Source of the DNA: Ginglymostoma cirratum
Taxonomy: Eukaryota
DNA: 64,000 nt
NCBI GenBank assembly: GCA_024137785.1
Contig: JAHRHZ010000102.1
Coordinates: 132,901 to 196,900 of the forward strand
Direction: 5' to 3'
The notes under the pieces were generated by a model, which was given only the letters and a program-made list of their open reading frames with translations, had not been told where the DNA came from and did not search any database. Shown here one piece after another: positions 37,091 through 49,263 of the stretch. Every line of letters starts with the position of its first letter. The first letter of the stretch is position 1. The translations under genes were made by a program, and so were the position numbers.

Positions 37091-38391
37091 CCAAACAGTA
37101 GCACTTCACTTATTATAGCAACAGGTTTCTGCATTTCCGCGGACAGAAGTACCTTGCCTTGCTCTTGTTGTCAGCGAGCCTTTCATTCTGTTAAAACACC
37201 CAAGACTGCTGCAGTCATAACCGCTTTTTCGTGGAAAGAAGGGTAATTCCAATGCATTGCAATGGAATGCTTTGTTAAATTTCTCTCCTTCTTGCTCCTG
37301 AATTTGGGCCGTTTTGCAGAGCACAGGTGCTCAACATTTTTAAGAGTGTATTTGGCTTGCCCGTATTTTTTTTCTGTCGTGCAGTCGTGTCGCTTTTGCT
37401 TTAAGTGCGAAAACTTCCTGGCGCAAAGTCAAGGAGAAGCCTGATGTGCTGGTTTCGCAGTGCGCCACTCATTCATGATTTACCCTCTCTGTGAAATGCA
37501 TCTCAAAGTATTCTCTGACAGGCTTAATTCTGCAGCTGTTTGTCCTGTCTGGAAAGCTCTGCAGGCAAATGCACAGCTGAGGATAAAGACAAGGAAAGTG
37601 GCAACTTGTACCTACACCAAGTATCGAACGTCCTCGCAATGTTCTCGGATTCTAATGCTAATTCAGCTTTTCAGATGAAGGTTTATTTCTGAGCCACTTA
37701 TTCTGCAAAACAGTAGTGCCTGGCCCGCTGTGTTCGTCGAGCTCCACACTGTGTTATCTCTGACTCCAGCATCGGCTGTTCTCCTCGTGGTAACTGTAAG
37801 TATGCTGAACGGTGTGATCTTGTGCACGGCTTGCTCGGCTTTGTGCATTTTCACTGCAGTCCGATATTTTTCAGGTTATCTGTAAACGCGAAAGCATACA
37901 CGTTTATAGTTTCTCACAGGCACGTTGTATTAGATGTTCAAACGAGTCTCGAAATATGCATTCAGCTTTCCATTGATTTTTGTTTTGATTAAAGGGTTAT
38001 CGGTATTTGTTGGGAGGCTTTTCCCTTTGCCTTCGGCTTTTTGGTGTGTTCCAGTAGCAACATTGGAAAAATCATCGCCCAAAAGCGGTAATCTTCACCG
38101 GAATACAGCCGGCTGAGCAGAAAGACAAGGAAAGTGAAAGGAAGTATGTTAATGCAGGTCGTACCTGCACTGTCTTTAAAACAATTTCGCAACGGGATCT
38201 GCCTTTCTCGGATTCTGAACTCGCTCGCCATTCGAGACGAAGGCTTTTTTTTCGGAGCCGCTTATTTTGCCATGCAGGCTTAGCAACTGCAAGTATGTTG
38301 CACCGTATCATCGTGTACACGGCTTGCTCGGCTTTGCACATTTTCCCTGCAGTCTGGTGTGATCATGTTTCACTTACAAATGCGAGACCTG

Positions 38392-38434
38392 TACAGTATC
38401 CGAAGGAAGAATCATGCCTCTAGACCAACGAGCC
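38392..38434 (-). pseudogene. 5' half of tRNA-Pro(CGG), truncated just after the anticodon
   Basis: Minus strand ggctcgttggtctagaggcatgattcttccttCGGatactgta. Confidence 0.8.
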
Positions 38435-39232
38435 GCTCCCATTGTTTTCTTGCTCAGCTCTGAATCAGCTGAGACTTGCTCAGAGCGAAGTACCTTGGAT
38501 GTTGCTCCAGGAATTCGAAGCAGCAAACAGTTTCAAGAACATTTCCCTCTCATTCTGTCTCCCTGCTCCCGGGCCGTTGCTGTTGGTCCTTTCCCCGGAA
38601 CTGGGTTCTCTCCATTGGTGAATTAAATCAATTTCTTCCACTTGGATCACAGAAGATTTTGATAGAGTCTCAAAGCTGGAGACTGAGTTTTTGTTTTTCT
38701 TTTCCTTTCCAAGTTTCCACCTACCAATTGATTTTTCCTCCAAAATCTCATCGTAATCCGCCGGCTTCATCATGCCCAGGAATGAGGGAATTCAGTTTTA
38801 TGGAGAGATTCCAGAGGCCGGGATTGTTCTGTTTAAAGCTTTTAGTATTAAATGGACTTTTGATGGCGCGAGTGTTTGGATGAAACCGACAGCAAGAAAC
38901 TGTTTCGAGTGAACTGGCATTTTAGAACATAGAAAGATAAAGAAGGTTGCGTTAATATGGGACTTTTCCGAGCTGTGAGGTGGTCTTTCTGGAAGTCACA
39001 GAGAGGTGGCTGTGATCTGAAACAGCGTGGGGTGTTACTGCAGGGAGCCCTGTCTCAGACACACTGCACCTGAAGTGCATAAACATCACCACGTCATTCT
39101 AAGCTCAGAGAATAGATCTTTTTATTCAAACCATCCCGGCGTGACAGAGAACGGGAAAAGGCATCACCATCCATCATCCTGACTGCTCCAGGAGAGAAAA
39201 GGGATGTGTGAGAGCGAACAGCCTCAACTAGT

Positions 39233-39849
39233 CACAAGCAAGGGGCTGGATGAACACAGCAGGTCAAGCAACATCATAGGAGCAGGAAAACTTGACGTCA
39301 AGTTTTCCTTCTCCTATGATGCTGCTTGACCTGCCGTGTTCATCCAGCCCCATGCTTGTTATCTCGGATTCTCCAGCACCTGCAGTACCTTTTATCTCTG
39401 ATACAATTTTAACCCCACTGCGAAGCCTCTTCTAAGGATACCTACCCTGAAGAAGTTACACTCCTCCCTCCGGACAAACCTCAGGGAATCTCTCTCCCAC
39501 TGCAACTCTCTCATAACCTCTTCGGCCTTGAAACTGCTCGACCACGTCCTGAAGCAAACCAGGTACGACAGCGACATCACCTTTCTTAGTACCTGCCTAC
39601 GGAACCAAATCATCCCCAATGGACTACAATCCACATTCAAGCCTTCCCAATTTGGCCCCAACCGTTACAATATACACATGGAGAACATTGAGAGCCTCCA
39701 GAAGCGCTTCTCCCTGCGACTCCTGAAAGAAGGATCTAGGCCCGAAACGTCAAGTTTTCCTGCTCCTATGATGCTGCTTGACCTTCTGTGTTCATCCAGC
39801 CCCATGCTTATTATCTCGGATTCTCCTGCATCTGCAGTACCTTTTATCT
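39233..39849 (+). mobile_element. Truncated Penelope-like retroelement: inverted pLTR, pLTR, ORF N-terminus, second pLTR; ~14 bp TSD
   Basis: Direct repeats 39295-39398 and 39748-39850, inverted copy 39236-39300. Peptide KLLDHVLKQTRYDSDITFLSTCLRNQIIPNGL resembles PLE ORF N-termini. TSD cagcctcaac(t/a)agt at 39219 and 39850. Confidence 0.8.
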
Positions 39850-41118
39850 CAGCCTCAACAAGTACATATTTTCAGCATTTACAACCTTGACCTATGTGAC
39901 GATGAAATCAATTTCAGAGATTGATTCAGTTACCTGCAGCAGGAAACAGTTGAGGCTGTGTCTGTCTTCTTTCCGAAAACTGTTGAGTAAACCTTGCAGA
40001 GCAGCAGATACTTCTCCCTGTTGTTAGTGAAATGATAAACAGCAGAGGACGGTTTTCAGAGTATGGTGTGATTTCTGGGTCACGGGCACAGCTCGCTCCC
40101 ACTGTGACATTCTGTTTGCATGAGCTAAACACAAATAAAGAAATTACTCAGTGACGAGATCTGTTGAGTCGAATTCTGTGAGGAATTCAACACGATTGAA
40201 TGAAAAGCTCCGTGATAGCGGGGAAGTAACATTTTTTTGTGAAGAATTGTTTCCCAGGTTCGAGGAGAGTGCACAGTGTTGTTCTAAGGTTTATATCTTG
40301 AGATTACCTCTCTTTTGGGAGGATGTTCTGACACGCACTTTATTCAGAGTGGACAATTACTGAATCTTAATTTACAAAATTCTCGTAAATAAATCGTGCA
40401 GAAAGCCACAGGAACTGTTTTTTTTTTGCAATAAATCTTCCACTGGCTGGTCTGAAGCTGGAACATTCTAGATGTGAGAGCGGCGGAGCAAAGCTGATGA
40501 GTTGATATTCAGTGGTGTCAATTCACATTGTCCTCATCATGTCGTTTAAAACTCTCCACCAACAATAACGCTGAAAAATAGCAACAAGCCTCACCATTCG
40601 ATCCAGTCATGGCTGACCTGTCAGTTCAATAACTTTCTCCACACCATCCACACGACGCTGTCTGCAATTGGGAATCAGACAATTATCGATCTCCATCTTC
40701 AAAAAAAAATTGAAAATAACAAATTGATTGTAGAAGGGAAGATTTGTGTTGGGAACTGGTTGGGCTTCTTCACAAACTGTGCAGGTTTATCGGGTGAGCA
40801 GCTGATTCTTGTCCGATCATGTTTGAAACAATATTCTAAGGAAGGGTTACTGGACCTGAAATGATTCTTGGCTTAACCATACGTCCAGGCAGTGAATTCC
40901 AGAAACCCAGAACTCTCTGGGGGAGAAACACATCTTCCTTAAATTTCCTCTAAGTCCTCCGTCCCTTGCCTTTAATCAATATCGATGGTTATTCATCCTA
41001 TTCAATTAAATGACGTTTATTACAATCTCCTATATCTATCCCTTTATAATTTTGTGCACGTTAATAAGTTCCCCTCAAACTTTCTTTGTTCTCAGAAAAA
41101 CAACTTCAGCCTAGATTG

Positions 41119-41254
41119 GAGATAAAAGGTACTGCAGATGCTGGAGAATCCGAGATAACAAGCATGGGGCTGGATGAACACAGCAGGTCAAGCAGCATCA
41201 TAGGAGCAGGAAAACTTGACGTTTCGGGCCTAAACCCTTCAAGGGTTACTTGTT
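41119..41254 (-). mobile_element. Penelope pLTR insertion with a 16 bp TSD
   Basis: Nearly identical to the 39233 pLTR; TSD acttcagcctagattg at 41103-41118 and 41255-41270. Confidence 0.85.
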
Positions 41255-42089
41255 ACTTCAGCCTAGATTGTCTATCTTCACAGAGGATGTGGTCCATCCC
41301 AGACTATAACCTGGTCAATTTTCTCTGTATGCCCTCAAAGACAATTGCACCTTTCCTGCAGTCCAGCAATCAGACCGACCAAAGTTTTCTGAACAAAAGC
41401 ATCAATTTCTGGAGAAATGCAGCACGACTGGCATTATCTGTGAACATAATTGACTGGTTTTCAGGTGTACTGGAGAACAATATAAAGCTTTGTTTCCAAG
41501 TAGGATAAGCAGATCATTGTACGAAAGGAAGTACTGATCAGAGGTTGTAAAAAGATTGAGACAGAGGCATACTGGTTACATTGCGCAGGGCTTGCACTAA
41601 GCAACATCAACGTTAGCAAGACCAGCATTATTTGCTGTCCTGGGTCTGTGAGTCAAGCGTCGTCAGTACTTGGATCTGTACGACTGTGGCATCCTTAAAC
41701 CTGTAACGAGATTTGAAAGAACATTATTAGTAATTCTTTCAGACTTAGAATTAAGTTTAAAGGTTACGACAGTAAGAAGAAAAGTTAGGGTGGGTTAGAT
41801 CTGCTCTGGGAATGTTATAAGAAGTCGCATGATGTCAGTGCCATCTTGAAAGCAGAGTTAATGCTTCAAGTCCAGCGACTCTTCTTCAGAACTGATAGTA
41901 CTGATGAAAAGGTGGTATAGAAAACGTGCTCAACTGAGCAATGTGACCTGTGTGTACATGTCTGAATATGAATATCTTTGTGGAACTCTTATTTCAAGTT
42001 CATCTTATCTTTACATTCCTTCCTGAGACGTGGTTGGTGTTTCATTCTCTTCGACTCTTCCTGACTGGAATGTAGCTTTTTAAAGTGTT

Positions 42090-42500
42090 TGAAATACCTC
42101 CTTAAATATTTACCATTACAAGTCTACTGACTCGCTCTTAACCTAATTTTCCACTTCATTTCAGCCAGCCCTAACTTCGTACTGTTATCATTTTCCTCAA
42201 TTTGGTTTTATGCGCTCATCTTAGAACCAACGTTCCCTTCCTCAAAGTAAATATAAAACTCGGTCACACTGCGATAACCGCTACCCAGGGGCGTTCTTCA
42301 CTATGAGGTCAATAATGAATCCTGTGCCATTGCATAATACCGGATATCCTGCTCTCTGGTTGCTTCTGGAAAGTATTGTTCATATAAACTGCCCCAATAA
42401 CACCTCAACAACTCACCATTCAAAGTACATTTGTTGATCTGGCGTAGCCAATTTCTATCATCATTAGAATCACCAAAGATTATTGCTGTACCGTGACTGA
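42090..42500 (-). mobile_element. CR1 endonuclease-region fragment
   Basis: Minus-strand peptide GTAIIFGDSN...NW...YEQYFPEATREQDI resembles CR1 IMGDFN...PTRE-AILD. Confidence 0.65.
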
Positions 42501-42604
42501 AAAGAGGAAGGTACTTTAACTGGGGCAGCGGTGGAATGACAACCGTCCAGAGTCCAACAGCTAGCAACGGCACGCACTTTGGTTCAGCAATTGATAACCA
42601 ATGC

Positions 42605-42677
42605 TAAGTAGAATCGGGGATTAAAATCATTGTTTCCCGTTTTTGAGACCAGTGTCTTTCCACGAGCCACCACAAAC
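42605..42677 (-). pseudogene. Decayed tRNA-Thr(CGT)-like copy
   Basis: Minus strand gtggtggctcgtggaaagacactggtctcaaaaacggg...ttttaatcccc. Confidence 0.45.
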
Positions 42678-44811
42678 TTGCAGTGCCCAGGTGTTGCGAA
42701 ACTACTGCATTCTATCAGTTTGATACACACATGTCAGATTGTTTGAAATATTTGGAACTGTGCGTTCAGACAAATTTGAATGTAATTGTACACAGTAAAG
42801 TACAGGCTACCATGCACAGACAAACGATACGGAGAAATGTAGCTTTTTGGTTAACCTTTGTTGGAATCAGATTGTGAAAGCTGAATATGAAAGACTTGCT
42901 GCAATTGCCTTGGATGTAATGAACCCACAAATGCAGGTTCTGGCAGTAATGATCTCCCTAAACCGGAGAAGGAATTACTTGCCTTCAAAGTCACATCGGG
43001 AATGTCCATTCGATTCATCTCAAGGATGAGAGGACTGTATTCCAGGTGCATACAAGTAACATCAGTTTGTGCTCCAACGAGTTCAGAATAATGAGAGATG
43101 AGGGAAATGTCTTAATTAATAAATTAATCATTAGGTCGAATTCAATACAGGGACGCACAAAGTGATGAACAAAGGGGACATGAATATGTACAGACGATAC
43201 ATAATAAGTAGGGCAATTCTTCTTGAAGCTTTTAGATCTCAGGTCCACGATTAACTTTGGCTAAGTTATTTACTGTCCTGACCCAGTCAGTCCTGGAAGT
43301 GACTGGAGCCCCAAGGAGAGGTGGTTGAGATCACAGTACAACCGTAACGTCTGTAGTTCAGCCTCACTTGGAGCATTGTGTGTAATCCTTATCAGCACTC
43401 TTCGCCACAAAGATGTAAACAGATTAGCAAAAACGCAGATGGGGTATCCTGGGATTTAAAGTCACTGGAACTGACACAGACAGGTTTTATCGGGATGGTG
43501 GGAAAGTTGCAGATTATATTCACGAGATGTTGGGAAAATTGGAAATGCTGTAACTGACACAGAGAAAATTGGGAAATAAAAAAATGGGGATATGTCAGAT
43601 GATACGAGGTTTGAAGTTTCTAAATAAGATGAAAATTCCCTCTTTCGAGTGAATCAAAGTCAGAGAGGTCAGAAATTCAAAAGTGTTGTAGAATAATAAA
43701 GGAAACATTGGAACAGAGTTTCTTTCCGTCGGAGAGATATTAAAATCTGCAAAAATAATTCAGAAACAAAGGTAGTGAGTGATTCCAGTACGTTTTAAAG
43801 GACATATGAGCAAGCATACAAGAAGTGTATTTAACAAGGGGAGAAAATCTGTAGTTGGGGCTGGGTGGGAGAAGTGGTGGGATGGCGAGTTGTGTGGGTG
43901 GGGAATCAATTTGACTTTGAATGACTTCAGATGTGAAGAAATTTCATGAACAGCTGATTAAAACTGATTATAAAAAAAATAGTTTTGGAAGGCGTGGCAT
44001 ATTATTTGATGTGAAGCATTATAAATTATGAAACAACTGAGAGGATTTTAAAAATTACAGAAAGGAAATTTAGATATCAATAAATTTCGTGAACACGTGC
44101 AGTTTAATAGCATCGACTATAAAAATTCATATGGTTTTGGAACGTGTGGCATAAGATTTCCTGTGAAGCTTTACAAATGTAACAGAGCTCTTTTATTAAT
44201 TGGTAAGTTACGTTATACCGTCATAATCAGGAAGTGAACCGTCTCTCGGAGATGGAATTTCTGATTTTATCTTGCTGCTTAAAGTTGTGACCACATTTAT
44301 CATGATTTTGCGTCCATTTCATACGTATTGATCGCTGCTGAAGAAATCCACTGACTAGACTCTGCCTTTTTGTATTTTCAAGCCTCGGTTCTTCTCAGCA
44401 GCACTTGATTTCAATGAATTCCGACAAAAGTTCAATGCACCAGTCAAACAGGACAATGAGATAAATTTAATTCCTTTATTTAAAGTTATTGTCATAGATT
44501 CTGCCAGTTAGCAGCAAATTGAGTAATATGAAACAGACTGAACAACTTTTTTTTTCCCATTTTTCCCAGGGTGCCACCAATGCAGGGTCAGTCATGTAAA
44601 AAAATGTTATCGAGCTGAAACATCACATTCGGTTTTCTGTCCACAGATGTTCCCACACGCATTGAATGTGTGCTGGATATTTGTTGATTATTGAGATATT
44701 TCCCACGGAAAAATTCATTTCTCAATCCACAGAAACAGACCTTTCCAATAAAATGGAATTTGCTCAGCATGGCCCTGATCCTTAGAATTCTATCCCCGTG
44801 TCAGTAAAAGC

Positions 44812-44905
44812 TAATCCACGTAAAGCTCGAACTCACAGCGGGTGTTTCATAGGTCTCTACACTATCATATAACTATCACGCACTGACCGATTGTGCCACT
44901 GGACG
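44812..44905 (-). pseudogene. Intron-containing tRNA-Ile(TAT) pseudogene
   Basis: Minus strand tccagtggcacaatcggtcagtgcgtgatagtTATa, then a ~20 nt intron, then gctgtgagttcgagctttacgtgga. Confidence 0.8.
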
Positions 44906-45974
44906 CACGTTTTCCACGTTACGTGCATCGTTTAGAATGTACGTAATGAATTTTCCACAACAGGATTACTTGGCAAATAACGGACGGAGATGTGGAAATG
45001 TCAGAGTGGGACAAACTTTAGAATTCGGTAACCCAGAGGCTGTGGTAGGGTCAGTCACTGAGTCTGTTCAAGACTGAGATTTCAAAACATCACAAGTTTA
45101 GGGGATAGTGCAGGAAAATGTTGAAAATGCATTTTTCAAAAAGAAATGCAGTTTAACATCGATTACTTCACCAGTTCCCTCACACAAGGAAGTAGCCACC
45201 GCTGCAGATAACCATATAATCCCAGTTCCCAGGCCCGGAATCAGAGAAACTCAGTGGCCCAGCCGCAAAGATACAACCAGAAATGGGGATGGCAACGAGC
45301 GCGTGCAGCAGCTTTATTTGACATGGACCAACGTTTAGTGGGACATCAGGATTTGGGAAAGCAATTTTAATTTAAAGCAAATAGCTTTTGGCAGCACAGA
45401 TGTTTGTGGATTGAGGGAGGATGTGTCCGTGAAAATGTCTCAATTATTAAAAAAAATGCTGCAAATATTCAACTTGTGAAGAGAGATATCTGTGCAGGGA
45501 GAAATTGAGGTAATGTTTTCGTTCTCTGAACTTTCTCATATGTTTGTTTCTGCACTGGGATAAATTGCAGGAAGGGCTTTTTCGCTCGTTTCGTATTATT
45601 AAATAATCTGCAAACACACAAAGGCCATTAAACTCATCTAAATTTGAGAAAAGTAACGCGAATATACGATGTCATAATTAGGCTCGAGTTTTCATCACGT
45701 TATGGAGGAAAAACAGGAAAGTCGAGTTGAGATTTATTCGAACAGTAGGGATCTCACTGAATAGCCGAGCGTACTGGATACGGTGAATGGCATCTCCCTC
45801 AGTACAAATGTGTTTTCTTTGCCAGTGAAACTCGCTGCATGGCAAAGTCGGGGCCATTGAATTGAAGCAGTGACAGTGATGAACTTTGCTGTCTGTTTAT
45901 GTTGTGAATGTTACCATTGCTACTCATGTCAGCGTTAAAACATAATTGCAGTGTGTAAAAGCGCAGCACGGCAC

Positions 45975-46048
45975 GGGCGAGTGGCGCAATGGGGAAGGCG
46001 CCTGACTACGCATCAGGCGGATAGTCGGCTCCTTTCCTACCTGACTCG
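45975..46048 (+). pseudogene. tRNA-Arg(ACG) pseudogene
   Basis: gggcgagtggcgcaatggggaaggcgcctgactACGcatcag...ctcg; T arm destroyed. Confidence 0.8.
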
Positions 46049-46129
46049 AGCGCAGTCTGAAAAATAATTACACCTCCCAATGAAACTTTCTCATTGCTCT
46101 GAAACAAAATCCCCTAATGCGGAGATGTC

Positions 46130-46216
46130 AGTGTTGAACTGCAACATACCAAGTCAGAAATCACACAATGCCGGCTGATAGTCCAGCTTTCGGAGTCTCA
46201 CTTCTTCATCAGGTGT
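46130..46216 (-). mobile_element. Second Penelope pLTR family fragment with hammerhead core
   Basis: Minus strand cac CTGATGA agaag tgaga ctcc GAAA gct; relatives at 59515-59598 (minus), 63168-63258 (+) and ~23438 (+). Confidence 0.65.
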
Positions 46217-46690
46217 TCGTCAGAGAGGTGTCAGACGCAGAATATATAACGAAAAGATCCAAGATGGGACGGTACACTGACATAGCCTGCCACTTGTCCT
46301 TGTCCCCGTCCTATTCTGAATGGAGGAGAGGTGAATCATTGATGGTGCTATTTCATTCTAATGTGAAATATACGCATGTGGTCAGTATAATTGTATGATC
46401 TGAAACCGTTGAGGCTGTGTACTTGGGAGGTCCCGAGCCACAGCTCATTCAGCAACTGACCATTTGAGACTCAGAAATTGGTGACAACATACATTGAAAA
46501 ACCCCAAGCAGAGATCTGAGGAGGACCTGTACAGCTGGACCTCTCGCTGTTTTTAGTACCAGTTGCCCATTTTCCCACTTTCCTCACCGAAACTGCAAGA
46601 AGCCCGAAGTAACTGCAAACACCAGGAAGAAAAGTAGATGTTAAATAAATGACCTTGTCCAGCTTTCACGAAGGTGAATCACAAACGATT

Positions 46691-46760
46691 CTAGCAGCGA
46701 TGGGATTCGAAACCGCGACTCATTAGAGAGTGGAACTTAAATCGACCACTCAGCGAACGT
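46691..46760 (-). pseudogene. tRNA-Leu pseudogene with internal deletion
   Basis: Inverted paralog of 22874-22955 with the same flanks; gtttcgaatcccatcgctgcta. Confidence 0.7.
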
Positions 46761-47089
46761 TGTGCATGACATGAAAACGCCAAAATCGGCATGATTAGTG
46801 TTGACAGTAAATTCGAATACTTGTTGTAGAATATTTATCAATATGATTAGCGTGAAGAAACTTCGAGATTCTCTTTTTTTTTAAAAAAAGTTCTTCCCCT
46901 GGATTTGAGCACTTCAGCATTTGATACAACTTCTCGGTTGCTTCTGGGAGGATGGTGGGGAGCGGTTTGTTTCAATTGGATCAATCTGAACAACTAACCC
47001 AATATTGTCTGAAGGAGCTGTTCAATCAACATTTCAATTCTCATCCAATTGATGCCGACCAAGAGGCACTCAGATAAATGGAATGCAAG

Positions 47090-47246
47090 TGGCGCGATGG
47101 CTCAGTGGTTAGCACTGTTACCTTACAACAGCATGAACCTGTGTTTGATTCCACCTTCGGGTAAGTCCCTGTGCTGAGTTTACAAGTTCTCCTGAGTCTG
47201 CATGGGTGTGTTTAGGTTTCCCCAGACATTCCAAAGATATGCAGGC
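47090..47246 (+). mobile_element. HE1-like V-SINE 5' fragment
   Basis: ggcgcgatggctcagtggttagcactg...gagtttacaagttctcc...tccaaagatatgcagg. Confidence 0.75.
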
Positions 47247-47265
47247 AACATCACAGGTAGCCTTG

Positions 47266-47339
47266 GCGTGTTCTGCAGCGTATCTTTTACGCATTTGCTT
47301 TCCATGCCGAGGCGTTCTGGTTCAATGCCTCGGAGAAGC
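47266..47339 (+). pseudogene. Very decayed tRNA-Val-like copy (paralog at ~49521-49592)
   Basis: ttctgcagcgta...ttctggttcaatgcctcggagaagc; B-box-like ggttcaatgcc. Confidence 0.35.
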
Positions 47340-48448
47340 CTGATTTGCTGCTGACACAGTGCACCAAGGATTCCTGATTCACCCACTCTTTCAAATGCAT
47401 CTGAAATTAATCTCTGAAAGGTCTAATTCTGATGCTGTATGCTGTGTCTCAATGTGTGTGAATCAAAACTAGAAGTCCTCAATCATGTTTTGGAGTCGAG
47501 AAATATGTTGACATTTCTTTGCGCATGAGCATCTCATTCAGTCAACAACGAGAATGAATGGATTTCCGGACTCTGATAAACCAACTGATTTAAGCTTGAC
47601 CCAGTCACTAATAGGAAGTTGCGCTCTAAAATCGAAGCGTTGTTGCAATTGAAACTAAAGTAAAGACGTTCCGACTGCCCAATAACATGGTATCCAATTT
47701 TGAGACATCACAAAAAAGGCCGTGTTTCCATTGTGCAGTGGTTATCGCATGCGGAATGCCCCCAGCATGATGTTGGGAACAAGAAGGCTGCGCTGCTGCT
47801 TCGTGTTCCAGGCAAGATGCGTTGTTCACTATTTTCACTGAAAGAGAATGAAAATCGCTGTATCACTGCTGCTGTGAAATCATATCCTGCATTAATTCTA
47901 ATTGCAGTTATTTGCTGTGGTGGCGAAAAGGAGGGTAATTGCGATGTGAAATTTTGTTAAATTTCTCTCATTTCCTTTATTTCTGTCCTAGAGAAGGGAA
48001 CTGATGAGCCGCTTTCTCGATCCGCTGCAATCGTTGCCGTGCAGGCACTCCCGAATTGTTGATCAGAAGGGAAACCCAGCCTCTTTGAGACCGCGATTGC
48101 TATTGGTCAATTTTCATGGGTCATTCCCACCCTGATTTTTTTTCCTTATTTGAGCACTTCGCAGAAATTGCGTTGGACTAAACTCCCAAGATATTTGGAA
48201 GCGCAGTTTGGAATTGCCCTGCCACCACTTGTGCGAGTGGTTCGTGACGCAAACAAGTCGAGGTGTCTCACTGACAGCATTCATGCGTTGCTGTGTCTGC
48301 AATTGCATTCGCCTTGTCATTTTTGATTCGGTGGCTCGGAAAGACCTGTCTGTTTTGGGCTTCGCTCTATTCGTGAGGAGCAAACACGGTTGTCTTCTTG
48401 CAGCCAAAATACCTCCCTGATAGCGGTCATCGGTGTTAAAAGTGAAGG

Positions 48449-48521
48449 CACCTTTGGCAGGGTCGAACCACCAGCCTTTGGGTTAATAGCTGAACGTGCT
48501 GACCAATTGCACCATAAAGAC
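48449..48521 (-). pseudogene. tRNA-Asn pseudogene (anticodon mutated to ATT)
   Basis: Minus strand gtctttatggtgcaattggtcagcacgttcagctATTaacccaaaggctggtggttcgacc. Confidence 0.85.
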
Positions 48522-49190
48522 CGACGCAAGTAGCCCCTGCAAACAAACAATTAAATCGGGGTTCAGCAACTGTCGCGTCGCCCGGATGGTCAGCGCGAAA
48601 AGAGAAACTTCGGAAACCTCGTCCACGCCGGCAAGATATCCTAAATTAATTTAGCCCCATTTGCCAGCATTTGGTCCTTATTCCTTTAAACCCTTCCGGT
48701 TCATGCACGCATCCAGGTGCCGTTGAAATGTTGTCATTTCTCCAGCCTCCACAACATCCTCCGTCAGTTTATTCCATACATGCAGCAGCTTTTGCATGAT
48801 AAATGCCCCTCAGCTCCCATTTCATTTTCCCCTCTCACCTTAAATATATGTCCTGTAGTTTTGGACTCGCCCACCCGGTGAAAAAATATCTTGACGATTC
48901 ACTCTGTTCATATCCCTCATGACTTTATAAATTTCTCTAGCTTCTCATCCTCCGACCCTGCAGGGAAAGTTCGCCCAGCCTCTTCAGCTTCGCCCTAAAG
49001 TCCAAACCGTGCAACCCTGGCAACCACATTGTGAATATTTTTTGAGTAATTTTACGTGACTTTCTTTATTTCTCAATAATGGCAGTAAGGTTGGACAACA
49101 TCAATCTATTTGAAATTGAAAAGTACTACGTGATGGGCTGCAAATTTCAATGCTGTACGAAAATCAGCGGGCCCGACGGCAGAGTATCAT

Positions 49191-49263
49191 GTTTCTGTGA
49201 TGCAGTGGTTATCACATTCGCCTCACACGCAGAATGTACCCTATTGGAAACCACGCACAAGCT
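49191..49263 (+). pseudogene. tRNA-Val(CAC) pseudogene
   Basis: gtttctgtgatgcagtggttatcacattcgcctCACacgc; T arm degraded. Confidence 0.8.

Noticed and set aside
47090-47160. Apparent tRNA gene
   Set aside because: It is the tRNA-derived head of a V-SINE; the V-domain follows
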